Shown one piece after another: positions 12,609 through 26,308 of a stretch of DNA of 64,000 bases. The notes under the pieces were generated by a model. The model had not been told where the DNA came from. It saw only the letters and a list, made by a program, of their open reading frames with translations, and did not search any database. Position 1 is the stretch's first letter; each line of letters opens with the position of its first letter. Where the stretch lies: contig OX597818.1 of assembly GCA_951406725.2 (NCBI GenBank), positions 145,948,001 to 146,012,000 on the forward strand. The letters run 5' to 3'. The DNA is from Octopus vulgaris. Its lineage: Eukaryota. Both the position numbers and the translations under genes were made by a program.

Positions 12609-14730
12609 TGACTTTGAAAAAATATAACTAAAAACATTTACATATATGAGACTTCATAGAAACTATAGATCAATAACAAAAAAAAAAATGAAGCAAAATA
12701 ATAGAAATAAGAAATACAGCCCAGATGTATTTCTTATATCAAAAGTGTTTATTTTATCAAGCTTCTAATCATTATCAACCCATCATTATTATTGTTGATC
12801 CAAAGTTTGTTTAGCATCTTGGCATAGAGTGAAAAACTTAATAAAAAAACCTTCTCTCCAGGCAACCTTATCTCTAGCCATGGTTGCAGTCATGTTTAAG
12901 TCTTTGTTTTTGATCTAATGAAGCAGATTGGAAAAGATAAAGTTTGAGGACATGAGTGCTGTGTGTAGGTGTGTATGTGAACATGGCCTTGTGTGTGTGC
13001 ATGTATATGTGTGTATATGTGCATGTGTTTGTGTATGTGTGTGTAGTGGGAATATTCAACAGTCAGATCATTACACTTGATGTCACAATTCATTAGAATA
13101 TTACCCATATGATAAAAAAAATTGTGACCAATAATAACTGTCTGGAACTGGCTCCAGCAACAATTCCATCTTTATGCTCCTTTTTCTCTGAGCCTATCGA
13201 GCACTATGAATTCAGCACACCATAGCTACTTGATGGAGGGCACTGAGAGACACCAGGTGGAAGTAGACTGCTGCTGACTCAAATTGACAGCAGCTAAACA
13301 AAGATGAATGTCAACAGCAACACTGGCACCAGTTAACCATTCTGTGACTGCTGCTGTAATTACACAAAGAACAATAGCGTTCAAACTTCTTCAATTTTTT
13401 GTTGTCTGTGGTAGTGACAGCATTTGTTTATTTTGCAGTTTTATCTTCATGCAAATGGTGATCCAAACACTTGAAGAATATTTCACAACCACATCTTCAA
13501 ATATACGGTACATATGTATGTATAACTTTAATTTTTTACCTGTTTTGGTCAGTGAACTGCAGTCACCCTGGGACACTGCCTTGATGAGCAAATTGAACCC
13601 ATTGCTTATGTTTCATTTTAAGTCTAGCACTTCTATCAAACACTTTTGCTGACCCACGAAGTTATAGGGACATAAACAAACCAACAGTTGTCAAGCAGTG
13701 GTAGAGTGCGACAAATACAAAAGCACTCACATTTATATACATTAGCATGTGTGTATGTGTATGTGTGTGTATACATGTGTGTGATGAGCTTCCACACAGT
13801 TTCAGCCCACCAAATTCACTCACAAGGCATTGGTCAGCTTGGAGCTATGTAGTAGAAGACGCTTGCCCAAAGTGCTGCACCACAGGGTTGCAAAGTGAGT
13901 TTCTTAACCATACACACATTTTCACACACAAGCAGAATTTCTATAGCCAGATGCCCTTCTTGTGTCCAACTCTCAGCTATTTCTCAGTAAGGTATTATCT
14001 CATGATGAGAGAGAAGATTGAAAACAAGACACCACTTGCATGACAGTGATGCTCATTTACAACTACCATATATCAAGATAAATAGAGAAACACAGGTGCG
14101 CACACACACACACATATGACAAGTTTCTTTTAGATTCCATCTACCACATATATTCACAAGGCTTTGGTCAACCTAGAGATGTAGTAGAAGACACTCACCC
14201 AAGGTACCATGCAATCAGATTAAACCCTAAACTGTGTGGTAGGGAAACAATTTTCTCAACTGAACATACATGCCAGCACCTGAAAGCCATGCCAGCACAC
14301 CATTATCATTCAACATTCACTTTGCATGCTTGCATGGATCAGATGGAATTACGCAGATTTTTCTACAACTGGATCTCTTCCTGTTACCAACTCTTACCTG
14401 TTTTCAAGTGAGGTATTATTTTCCTGTAGCAGATATGTTTTTCACTGAAGACTGGAAACAAGGGATATTGCTTGTATTATATATTGGTCATTTACAACCA
14501 TCATTTGATGTTCAAACAAGGATACGCACATACAAACACAGATATATCGGTATCACATGTTTGTATGAGCATATGGACAGAGAGAGGTGATGGAGAAAAC
14601 TTAAATGCTACAATGGATTTCTATTGGTAAACTCCAAATTAAAAAAAAATATATAATCAAATAAATATAAGTTCTTGCTATACATATTCTTACAGACATC
14701 TCAAAGGTAGACACATCTCATATATATATA

Positions 14731-15022
14731 TCACGTGATCACGTGACCGACCAGTCCATCAGATGTAGTTACACATCACTGGTCACAATGCGTTCGCATT
14801 GTTTTAGCCTTCGAATGATGCCACCCCGCTGGCTAAGCGAGCAGGCCAACAGAAGAAAGAGTGATGAAAGAGTACAGAAGGGATCACCACCCCTGCCGGA
14901 GCCTCGTGGAGCTTTTAGGTGTTTTAGCTCAATAAACACTCACAACGCCTGGTCTGGGAATCGAAACTGCGATCCAACGACCGCGAGTCCGCTGCCCTAA
15001 CCAATGGGCCATTGCACCTCTA
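14731..15022 (-). mobile_element. tRNA-headed SINE, family 3
   Basis: Minus-strand head GGTGCAATGGCCCATTGGTTAGGGCAGCGGACTCGCGG...GTTTCGATTCCC between TA tracts; related heads or bodies at ~50613-50900(+), 39590-39680(-), 63800-64000(-). Confidence 0.7.
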
Positions 15023-15405
15023 CATATATATATATATGTTAAAATTTTAAATTAAAAAATAAAAAATTTACATGTTGGCTGTGTCCCTAGTTGTAGGCTG
15101 ATAAAGCACAATCACTGCCTATGGCCACCTGGTGCTACGCATGGTAATTTCACACTCTTTGTTGAATCTATCTCAGGAATTCTTCAGCATATGTTGAGTA
15201 TAATGGAAACGAGAGATGTGATGCTTCTGCACCATGGGATGCACCGAAATTAATCATAGTTTCCCATCGATGAGGAAATAATGCAGGAGGTGTCAAAATG
15301 ATTTTTGTGGTCAATAAAGTTTCTTATATATTACATTTTCCATCTCAATCATTTCTGTAATATATATATATACACACACATGTATATATATAACACACAT
15401 TTTAT

Positions 15406-15592
15406 TTGTAGATTAACAAGGCAACCAATGGTTTCATGTAAAGAGATCTTCACAACTGTTTGTGCCTGCTACATGAAAGGGTTGGTATTCATCTCCATTT
15501 AGGAGACAAGTACCAACACTTTCATGTAGCAGGCTCGAACAATTGTGAAGATCACTTCAAGTGAAACAATTGGTTGCCTTGTTAACCCACAA
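15406..15592. repeat. Fold-back inverted repeat (~90-bp arms)
   Basis: TTAACAAGGCAACCAAT...GCCTGCTACATGAAAG mirrored by CTTTCATGTAGCAGGC...ATTGGTTGCCTTGTTAA. Confidence 0.88.
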
Positions 15593-15989
15593 CTAAAGAA
15601 CATTTATCCACCAATAGAGTTGAGCACTCACTCTCACTGTTCATATTGTGTGTGTGCATAGATGTGTAGATAGCTTGATTGCATATATATGTGTGTGTGT
15701 GTGTGTGTGTGTTTATTTCTTCTATCAGTCATCAACAACAGCACTGTAAATATGTATATTACAGCTATCATGTGTCAAATAATTGCCATAACCACCACAC
15801 CTATTAACGCACGAAATACTGCTGTTGATGAGTTACTTCAGCCAAGTCAAGAAACAAAGTAGATTAGACAATTCAGTTGACCACTATGATCCCACCCTTA
15901 CCATTCACACACAGCAGAGCAAACTCCAAGGAGTGCAGAGTAACTATCGCTATGATGACAAATACCTGCCCCGATACGGATGCTGAATT

Positions 15990-17040
15990 TTAGCACAGAC
16001 CCTCAGTGCTCAACTGGTACTTATTTGAACGTAAAAAGTTGAAAGGTAAAGTTGGTTCAGAATGCATTTTTTTTCAGCATTTTAATGATTCTGCCAGCTC
16101 ACCTCCTTACTAATAAAAGTAATAATCATTTTTTTTTCAAAGTTACGCACAAAGCCAGCAATTTCAGTACATGGGGTTTAGTCACAAAGCACTTGACATG
16201 TACTTATTGAGCTCAAGAGATGAAAAGCAAAGTTGGCCTTAGAAGAATTTGAACTCAGAATGTAAAGAGCTGGAATAATTACAATAATGGTTTCTAATTT
16301 AGATATAAGGCCAGTAAATTTTGAGGGATCAGGCATTAGTCAATGTTTAACTGGTATTTTATTTTATTGAACCCCAAAAGGATGAATGGCAAAGCCACCT
16401 TGGTGAGACTTGAGTTTAGAATGTAAAGAGCAAGAATAAATATTGCAAGGTATTTTTTCCAAAGCTCCAATGATTCTGCTAATTTAACAAAGACATCATA
16501 TTTGTTCCTAATTTTAACACAAGGCCAACAATTTTGGAGGAGAGTCTCTCATATCAACTTCTATCCTAAACTGGCATTTTATTTTATCAACTTTGAAAAG
16601 ATGAAAGGTAAAGTTGACCTTATTCAGAACTTGAACTCAACAGTATCATGACAAATATTGCAAGGCATTTCTCTCATTTATTTATAATTCTGCCAATCCA
16701 CCACCTAAAAATTCTTTCTACTATAGGTACAAGGCCTAAAATTTTGTGGGAATGGGGTAGTTGGTTACACGAACCCCAGTGTTCAACTGGTACTTATTTT
16801 ATTGATCACCAAAAGAATGAAAGGCAAATTTTTGGCACAAGGTCAGCAATTTTGAGAGAAAGGGAAGTCAACTAGATTCCCCCCAGTACTTGACTGGTAC
16901 TTTATTTTATCGATTCTAGAGGGATGAAAGGCAAAACTGACCTTGGTAGGTATTGAACTCAGAATGTAAAGAACTAGCTGAAATGCTGCTGAACAGTTTA
17001 TCTGATGGGCTAATTACTCTGCCAGCTTGATACCTAAAAG
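15990..17040 (-). repeat. Head-to-tail array of decayed family 2 SINEs
   Basis: About 6 recurrences of CTGGTACTTATTTT..GATGAAAGGCAAAGTTGACC..TTTGAACTCAGAA at ~150-210-bp spacing. Confidence 0.75.
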
Positions 17041-17149
17041 AATATTAACGATGATGATGAACATCCTTATGCAGACATGTCAATCTTGTCTCTTTCAACA
17101 GTAAAAACACAAACAACTTATATCAAGAAACCATCGCTGCACCAGTCTC

Positions 17150-17430
17150 CACTTCATCAGTACAAAACTAGAGCCATCATAATCATTTCAAATGTTGGGC
17201 CTCACTATCACAAAAGATCTGACCAGGTCCTTTGTGTACATCCTTAACATAGCTCAGACCATATCCTAAAGACTGGCCTCACTTTTCTATAAGGCCAGGC
17301 AATATATCAACACATAATAATTACTTACACTCTACAAAGCTCAGGTGGGGCTCATAATGAAGTATTATTACTTTCACATGTGGATCAGTGCCACTGCTCC
17401 ACACACAGGCATCTTAGACCAGACCTTATT
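17150..17430 (+). mobile_element. Highly decayed CR1/L2-like LINE C-terminal fragment
   Basis: Reads ..FYKARQY..LLTLYKAQV.L.MKY..HMW.SA, resembling the LYKA.VRP.LEY motif; a similar remnant lies at ~40480-40680. Confidence 0.45.
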
Positions 17431-18199
17431 TAAGAAAAAGCCCCTTAACTGACTAGGAATAGTGATAAAAAAGTTGCCCTAGTAATAATATCAATAATAA
17501 ATATGAAGAGAAAGAAATTTTATAAAGCTGTTTCATTACTTCAATATATTATTTAATAAAAAAAACGTTCAAATTTTACTCCAGCATTTGCTTATATGAA
17601 ACGCCAAATACAAATACATTATTTTATTTTATTTTTAAAAATCTGCTAAAAAAATTACACAATTTCATCTCAACTGAATTTGAATAGTCTCCACCTTGAA
17701 GTGAAGTTTGCACTCTATTCAACTAGTTGTATTCTACAACTATCATTTATTTCAATGATTACACAAGTCCAGTCTTGAATACATTTTTCAAAACATTTCT
17801 CCATCAACATTTTGTACCTTAAAATCTCAGCTGAAGAAGAAAAAATGTCATGTTAATTTACTGAAAAACATTTAAAACATTTAATTAAATACCTTGTACT
17901 TTTTAATTTCATCAACCAGGGAGTAATTGGCTGTTTTTCCTTCTTATAGAGTTATTAAAATAAAGTACCAGTCACATAAGTGATTTAAATCCTGCTCTTT
18001 CCCATAAATTTTGTGGCCTTGAGCCTATGTTAGACGGCATTATTTACTCTTATCTCTCTAAATTATAAATTTCAAATCTTCTAGGGTGGGCTTTGCACTT
18101 TGCTTTTCTCCCACTGGAACCTGAAGAAACAAAAGCAAATACTCTACATTTAAATCTAATGCCAGACAGTATGAGACTCTAGGCACAAAGATACAAATT

Positions 18200-19480
18200 T
18201 GTTGTTATACTGACACTCCATATTTGAAAGGTAAATTATTTCATAAGCCCTGGCCGGATAAAAGGGTCAGTTAACTTGATGGGAATGTAAAGGGACATAA
18301 CTAAATACAGCAAGGAATCTTGATCTGTCAATTCAGCCATTAGCTGCCTGTCCTTGTACCTATGTTTCTAACATAGGTACAAGAACAGAAACTTGGGGTA
18401 GAGGGTTAGTGGATTACGTAAACTTCAGTACTTAACTGGTACTTGATTTGTCGTCCTTGGAGGAATGGAAAACAAAGCTGACTTGAGTAAGATTTGAATC
18501 CAAAATGTAAACAAAATGCAGAGTTTGAAGATATACAATAAGGCATTTTGTCCAACAATTTTGCTAATCCACCACTCTTTTTAATAATTTCAAATTTAAG
18601 CAGAAAGCCTGCTATCTGACATCAGGGAGCTAATTGATTAAATTGACCCTGTACTAGACTGGTACTTTATTTTATCAATCACCTGGGGAATGAATGGCAA
18701 AGTTGACCTCAGCAAGGTTTGAACTCAGACTACAAAGAGCTGAAAGAAATACAGCAACGGTTTTTGTTTCACACTTTAGCAATTCTACAAATTCAAGCTT
18801 TTTATAATAATGACTTATTACATTAGCAGAAAGCCAGATAATTGTTGGGGATGGAAAGGGTGAATGTGTTTAACCTGGTAACCTGACCTAAGTGGGTTTG
18901 AACTTAAAATTTAGTGGAAGAGAACAAAATAAATGTTAAGGGTAATCAGTCCGATCGTTTTTCCTAGTAATAATCATTTCTAACATAGGCAGGGAGGGAC
19001 ACAGCCATAAATTTAAGAGGTAGGGGTTAGTCAAGTAAATTTACTTGACGGTACTTATTTCATTGATCTGAGAAGGATGAGTAGCAAATTTGACTTCAGC
19101 AGGAATTGAACTCAGAACACAAAGAGTGAAACAAATATTGCAAGCATTTTGTTCAATGCCATTCCCCTGCAACTTTTTCCATTTTTAATTATTTAAGAAA
19201 ACATTATTATCATTTCCATTATCATCATCATCATCATCATAATAATAATAATAATACAAATAATGGTTCTGTACACTGGCAGAGGATCACAGACTTTTGG
19301 AGGAGAGTAGAATTGAGTGAACTGACCCACCCACATTCTTGCTTTGTAATTATTTCATCAATCCTGGAAGAATAAACTACTAAGTCAAATCCAGTATGAC
19401 TTAAAATTAGAATATAAATGAATGTAATTAAATAATGCAACATATCTTGTCCAGCACTTCACCAATTTTGTCATCCCAAA
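18200..19480 (-). repeat. Second head-to-tail array of decayed family 2 SINEs
   Basis: About 5-6 same-orientation recurrences of the same motifs. Confidence 0.72.
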
Positions 19481-20924
19481 ATACTTGTTTTTACTGACAC
19501 CCACTTTCAACCATGAAATATAGATCAATACAAAATCAATAATAAAAAAAACAATTTAGAAAGTGTCTGACTACCGTAACATATTCTCATTAAAAGTGCT
19601 TCTCTTTTTTTTTCTTTATTGTCAGTATACTTTATATACATAGAAGACAATTTGAGAGACTAAAGAGCAAAAAAGAAAAAAACTTATATATAAAATAACT
19701 AGATCTACTACTTATCAAATGATTTATTTGGCATAAAGCCAAATATTGAAAGGAATAAAGTATAGTTAATTCCTGTATACTATCAGAGCTGTTTTGTTGA
19801 CTTGAAGGGATAAAAATGAAAAGTCAGAGTTTACTTTGTTGTAATCTGAACTTGGAACTGTGAAAGATGAAACTTAAGTAGAGTACGTCCTGCATTTTAG
19901 TCTGTCCTCTTTTTGTCTCAGCCATCTTCACTTCATTTGCTGCTGATCAAATAAGGAAAGATTTATGGAATTGGTTTGAGTCTTGCAAGATGTGGCTTGA
20001 ACATGTCTAATGATGACCAGTCAAAGGACTTTATTTATCCACTCAAATAAACATGAAATTTTAACTTCAATCCTTGAAGTGCAAACTTAAAACATAAAAT
20101 ATGCAACTGTGCAACTAAGCCCCAATCCCTAAAATTACTGGTCTTGTGCCATAATTTGAAACCATTATTATTATTATTATTAGTTCAATACAATTTGTTG
20201 TAACATCATTATTAGCTCTGTAAGAGTGATACAGATGGCAACGCACTGATCTGTAATAAATTTCGTTGATAAATGATTGAGTTCAAATTCAGCCAATCAG
20301 CATTGAGATTGCATTTTATCCCAGTTTCTGGAAATATTTACTATAATAGACAACGACTGCTCCAACACATCATCATCATTTAACGTCCATTTTCCATGCT
20401 AGCATGGGTTGGATGGGTTTGACTGAGGGCTGGCAACCAGATGGCTGCACCAGGCTCCAGTCTTGATCTGGCAGAGTTTCTACAGCTGGATGCCCTTCCT
20501 AACACCAACCACTCCGAGAGTGTATATGTATATGTTACGCAATAGAAATTCATATAGGGTCAAGGAGTTACCAACTGACCAGAGCATGCCAAAACCCAAG
20601 TAGTGAAGAAGACAAAGACGACGACGACAACAAAAGGACTTTTCACTTCGTATATAGGATTAAATAGGAATTTAGAAATATTTTGCAGACTAAATAAATC
20701 AATCTTTACCACTTATAAAATAATGAAAGATTAAATATTTGGAAATATTTCACAGGGTAAATATATATCAACCATATTTTGGAATTTTGTTGATTTGCTT
20801 TTTTAAATTACAAATTCTCAAATCAATATAAAATGTAATACAAATTTTTTAAAAAAAGACATTTCTTAAATATCATTTTATACCATCCATCACCACCACA
20901 ACCAAAAAAAAAAAAACTAAAACA

Positions 20925-20930
20925 TTTATT
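20925..20930 (-). promoter_or_regulatory. Candidate twinfilin polyadenylation signal AATAAA
   Basis: About 490 nt after the stop, followed on the minus strand by a U-rich then GU-rich tract. Other AATAAA exist (e.g. 21342-21347). Confidence 0.4.
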
Positions 20931-21417
20931 TCAAATTTATATATAAAAATCAGTTACAAATTGTGTGTGTTTTTTTTAATGAAATTTCAAACCTCATCAT
21001 CTTTTACATCAATCATACAACATACCTCTTGTCAATCAAACAAAATTTATCAAATGTTCAATAATTATATTGAATCAAGGATTATCAAAGGTTCAATAAT
21101 TATAAATAGAAATTTCTTTTTTCAATAAAAAAAATGGAAGAAAAACATTGAAAATACAAAAAATATATTTTACTAACTCCATTTTATGGAGGAAAGACAG
21201 AGAAAAGGGCATAAAGAACATGGTATGTTAATTAAAAATGCCTTATGAGCTGGGAAGAGGAGGAGAAAGAGAATATACAAGATTTTGTCAATTAATTATT
21301 CTCTCAGTTATGGTTCTTGCTGTTTTTTTTTTACTTTTATATTTATTTTTTAATTTCTTTCCTTTGAATAGCACTTTGTTACCAATATGAGGTTCAATGG
21401 TTACTTCATCAACCGAC

Positions 21418-21582
21418 TCAGTTAACTGCAGATGAATCTGAAGTGGGTCTGATCATTCGCTTTGGTCCTCGATTTGAAGGGCCTTTTGGTTTAGCAAATG
21501 CTTGCCGAGCAATATTTTTCTTTGGATGAAGTTCATCCTGCAGGAACTCCTCAGTTAATTCAGCACCCTCAGAAATTTCAAC
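21418..21582 (-). CDS. TWF: Twinfilin last coding exon (VEISEGAELTEEFLQDELHPKKNIARQAFAKPKGPSNRGPKRMIRPTSDSSAVN*)
   Basis: Poly-T CTAG acceptor, FAKPKGP tail motif (capping-protein binding), TGA stop at 21420-21418. Confidence 0.96.
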   Translation of the reverse strand, partial: VEISEGAELTEEFLQDELHPKKNIARQAFAKPKGPSNRGPKRMIRPTSDSSAVN

Positions 21583-22552
21583 CTAGAAGGAAAAAAAAAA
21601 AAGTACTTTAAAACATAAAATAAAGTAAAAACAAAAGTTGCTCAGCTCCTGATCAGCCCTGATCAAGCAAGCTTATGTTCAAGCAGTGAGTAACCCATCT
21701 TTCTGTATATATATATATAGGACTATTTATATAATTCAGAACATTTAAGTCCCACAGTGTGTGTGTGTGTGCGTGTATGTGTATGCACATGCACACACAT
21801 ACACTCAAAAAGGCATAGAGAAAGAGGAGATAACAAGCTTGTGTGCTGGACATTGGAGTGTGTTCAATGATTTCATGCAAATCATTTGACTGAGTTTTGG
21901 AGAGATGTGTGCAAGTGTTGCAATAGTAATGTCCTAGATGTAGGTGTTGTACTCCATTGGGAGCCTCACCTGAGCTTTGTAAAACATTGGCAGCGACTAA
22001 GGGGCTCAAGCATCTTCTGGTCTTGTAAGGGATAACCCGTGTTTGTCATCCATGTGTTTCCTTCCCTCTTTTTTTAGTGCTTTAACACAGAAGAGCAAAT
22101 CTGGCTACCATTTCCAGCAGATCTGGCAACCATGTAAAGTTTTAATACCTTGATATTTAAATCAATAATATCAGGCAGTCATAAATAACACTGCTTGTTA
22201 AAAACTAGACATAATTAGCTCCACCAAAGATGCATTTAACAGCAGGAACCCTACAACCAAGAAATAAGGCAGAAACTCATGGAGTGTCTTACAGTCATTA
22301 TTGCATCAGTTTTATATGAATTCAATATCGTTTAACATCATTAATAGAGGAAAGAGAAACTTAAAACAAATATTCTACTCAACATGCATCATCTATATAT
22401 AATACTAAAAATGTTTAAATTTATATCTGTCTACCCATGTGATATACCTGTTTTACAGGGATAGATGATCATAGATCTCCACACCAAAGCCTGAAAATTA
22501 ATGATTTTTCTTGGGAAATATACAAAGAGTGATAATACTAAGACATTCTTAG

Positions 22553-23818
22553 TATGAGGTAGTATCATAAAGTTGCCAGACTAGTTATGTTTAATAAAAA
22601 AATCAACTTATTTACCTAATTTTAAACATCATCTCCTTTGAAATAGTCACCTGGTGCAGTAATACACCAGTCCCAGCATTCCTACCACTTTTGGAATCGA
22701 GCCTGTGAGTCGTTTCCCAGAAGTGAGTTTAGGACCTTCTGCAAATCACTCTTGATCTCAACAATGATGTTAAAACAGTAACCTTTGAGCTGCATTTTTT
22801 ATCTTGGGGAAGAGATGGAAATTGGCAGAGTGGGTGCAGAAGTGATACCATGTTGTTTTTGGTAAGAAATTCATAAGTGAGCAGAGCTTGGTGACAGGGT
22901 GGTACATTGTGATCATGAAGAATCCAATTCTTCACACTCCACAGATCCAGTCGCTTTGCCAAATGACCCACCTCAAATGCTCCAAAATGTCGCAGTAGAA
23001 CTCTCGATTGACAGTCTGGCCCAGGGGAATGAATTCTCAATACTGCAGGTGTCGAAAAAAATGATGAGCATTCTCTGCAGCTCTGTCATGCCGTCTTCAG
23101 TCACGGAGATAAAGGGCTCTTCCATTGTGACAACTGCTGCTTCATCTCAGGGTCATACCCATAGACCCAAGTCTTGTCACTGGTGATGATCCTTGACATG
23201 AAAGATGGGTCACCAGTGGCACTCTGACAGACTTCAGCGTGATGTTCTTTCTACGCAGTGGTCAGCAGGTGGGGTACAAACTTGGCAGAAATGTGTTGCA
23301 TTTTTAATTCAGACATTAGGATTGCCTGCACAGATCCATATGATAGACCAAACAACATCAGTAATGTTCTTGATTGCTCTCCAACGATCCTCATGCACAA
23401 ACTGATGAATTTTCTCCACATTTCCAGAGGGGATGCTCATGGCAGGTATTCCAGGCACATTCTTCCTCTTTTGAAGTGCCCATGCCACTTGAAACATTGC
23501 TTACAAACCAACGCTTCATCACTGTAAGCTTACTGAAGCATGCTTAATGTCTCTGTTGCAGACTTTCAAAATGTAATGCAAAATTTCATGTTGGCTCTTT
23601 ATTCCAACTTCCTGTCCATGACAAAAATCACAGACAACAGCAGACACATGGGATCACAAAAACACGAATTTCACAACTTGCAAAGTAAACACAACAATGC
23701 CACTCAGCACACTGCCTCATGAAGGTCACTGCTAGCTCTCACTGCACATGCCACTGTGTGCTGCCATCTGTTGGCATGCTACAGAACTAATCCAGGAACT
23801 TTTTTATACTACTTTGTA
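22553..23818 (-). mobile_element. Decayed full-length mariner DNA transposon
   Basis: TA-flanked TIRs TATGAGGTAGTATCATAAAGTTGCCAGACTAGTT / AACTAATCCAGGAACTTTTTTATACTACTTTGTA. Fragments WILHDHNVPPCH..EFLTKNNMVSLLHP resemble mariner LHHDNAP..HPPYSPD. Frameshifted. Confidence 0.85.
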
Positions 23819-24279
23819 TCATCAAAAATAAAGATAAATAAAGACTCCATAATCTTCAACAGGGCACCAATGCTTAACTCTGGATTTAAATATGCCAGAG
23901 AAATGAACCTCTATTCTGTGGTGAGCTATTAGTCTATATCAGTTTTACATTCCTTCATAGATTAACTGCGGAAAGCTGGATTAAGTGCTTGGCCCAAAAA
24001 GATAAACAGTAGGTGAAAATCCACAACCTTTATGTAGCTAGTTCAGTATCTTATCTAGTTGGCCAATATTTTTTAAAATATATTAGTTTGATCTGGAGGG
24101 AGGGAATGTGCCCATGGCTTATAAGATCAATGCATTTAATGTTCTGTTTTCAATAGTCACAAGGTCATAGGTGAGGAGAGGATTTTCTAGAGATATACTG
24201 GGAAGAATGGACTGGGTATAGTAAATTAGTATTAAGGTTTATATATACATGGTGTGTATATAGAGCAGTGTAAGTCAAA

Positions 24280-24980
24280 CAATAAGGTATTTGTTCATTC
24301 TTAATATGTTCTGGCAGATTAGAATGTGTCTGTCAGATTGTAGTATTTTTTCATGCCTGGAGATGGCTTCCTCTCTTTAGGCAATGTGTGTTCATCACAC
24401 ACGATTTACTGGTTCACCAGTGTAAGAGGTACTCTGAGACATTATAGTATGTTGACCTCAAGTGTCTCCACAGTTAAAGCCACCCTATGAGCTTTTGTTT
24501 ATAGTAACCAGCAAGTAAGCTATTGGCTGATGCGTGTGAAAGTCTGCCAAACAGGTAATAATTCAAAGGATGCATGCAGAACAGCAAGAATCCAAAGAAT
24601 AACATATCTATTCATCCTTAATATGTTCTGGCAGATTGGAATATGAATATTAAAAGGGGGTTATTTTTTGCCACCAGAGAATACCTCCTCTCTTTAGGTG
24701 ATTGTATTCACCATGTAATTTCTATACACAAGAGTTCATGCTCTCGTAAGATTCATCAGTCAGGCCATGGGGTAACTTTGACTGAGAAGACACAAAGAGG
24801 TCGAAACACTGCAGTGTCTTGAAGTCCCTTAACAGTAATGAACCAGTGAAACACAAGTGTAACAAACACTCATCAACTTAAGGGAGGATGCATTCTCTGA
24901 TGGCAGAAAAGAAAAAAACAACAGGATCAGACGATCTTCGAATCTATCAGAATGTATTAAGAATGGGTATGTTATTTTTG
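24280..24980. repeat. Tandem plus inverted triplication of a hammerhead-bearing unit (pseudo-LTR-like)
   Basis: 24280-24490 and 24598-24720 are direct copies (CTTAATATGTTCTGGCAGATT); 24765-24980 is their reverse complement. Confidence 0.75.
24775..24825 (+). ncRNA. Type I hammerhead motif with one core mismatch (G8A)
   Basis: ACTTTGA-CTGAGAA-GAC[ACAAAGAG]GTC-GAAAC-ACTGCAGT-GTC-TTGAAGT; palindrome ACACTGCAGTGT; GUC site. Confidence 0.7.
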
Positions 24981-25589
24981 TGTGTATGTGTGTGTGCGTG
25001 CATGTATGTGTACATATATATATTGTTCATCCACTACACTCACGGAGTGGTTGGCATTAGGAAGGGCATCCAGCTGTTGAAACACTGCCAGATCAGACTG
25101 GAGCCTGGTGCAGCTTCCTAGCTTCCCAGACCCAGGTCAAACCGTCTAACCCATGCTAGCATGGAAAATACATGTTAAACGATGATGAGGAGGAGGATGA
25201 TGATGATGAATGTAGTATATGTTAGGCTTTGTTTATTGACTGACTCACATTTCAATTGTCTGTTATTGTTGATGTCATCATTTGTCTTTATATTATTGTT
25301 ATTGTGTTTGTGGCTAAGAAGCAGTTTTTCATAACATTACAATCAATTTTTATTACAAACTTAGCTTTTAAATAGAGGACAAAAATTAAAAAAAACAAGA
25401 GACTCACCTATGCCTTCCAACACCTTTATCCCCGCTATCCATACAAAATCCTGACCTCTGCCTAGGGACAGTATCATTCACATTGAGAAAACACAACTAA
25501 AATCTCTTAAAGGTAGTGCCCCAACATAACAATAGTCCAAATGAGCGGAACCAAAAGAGTTATAGGTAAGACCAATACACCAAACTCAC

Positions 25590-25711
25590 CTTCTTGACAA
25601 TTTCCATTCCCATATTCTGTTCAACATAACTGAGAAAACAAGATTTACAGCTTGAATAAAGCATTCTTTCTTTCACTGGAATACTATAACCAGGAGTAGA
25701 ATATATGAATA
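25590..25711 (-). CDS. TWF: Twinfilin coding exon (122 bp; (V)FIYSTPGYSIPVKERMLYSSCKSCFLSYVEQNMGMEIVKK)
   Basis: GCAG acceptor, GTGAGT donor, FIYS.PGY...ERMLYSSCK motif. Confidence 0.96.
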
Positions 25712-25980
25712 CTGCAAAGAAAACAAGAAAATGACGCAAAAAAATATATTATTTTTGTCTATATACCATTTAAAAAAAAACAAAATGAAAGGCAAAAAGC
25801 ACAGGAATGGTTGTGTGGTTCACTTGATAACTGCTTAGTTTAGGGCTTGCTCTTACTGTGTGGTACTGTTGGCTGATGTCTTCCACTATGCCTGAGAGCT
25901 AACCAATTCCTTGTGATTAGGCAGATGGAAACTGTATAAAGTACATCATATGTGTGTGCATGTACATGAGAGAGAGAGGG

Positions 25981-26012
<32 letters not shown>

Positions 26013-26308
26013 AGTGTGTATGTGTGTGAGCTTGTGTTTATGTCCTCTTTGTCATGTTTGCACACCGATTAAAAACAAAATCACTGTTCATACAAAAAGT
26101 ATCACTGTTTACAATCTTTTACGGAAACATGCCCGGCAATTGAGCTGTTTATTGTACAAAGGACAAGAAAGAGGAAATATTATTTTGCTTGGAAACAAGT
26201 GAAGGCTGGCAGCAGGAAGAGCATCCAGCCAGTGAAAATCTGTCTCAACAAGTTTTGCCTGAAGCAGGACATTAGAATGATAATGAAAAGGAAGACAAAA
26301 AAACTGTT

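Noticed and set aside
14950-15022. tRNA gene
   Set aside because: A/B boxes present but no acceptor stem or terminator, and it continues into a SINE body; likewise for heads at 976, 35206, 42739 and 50613.
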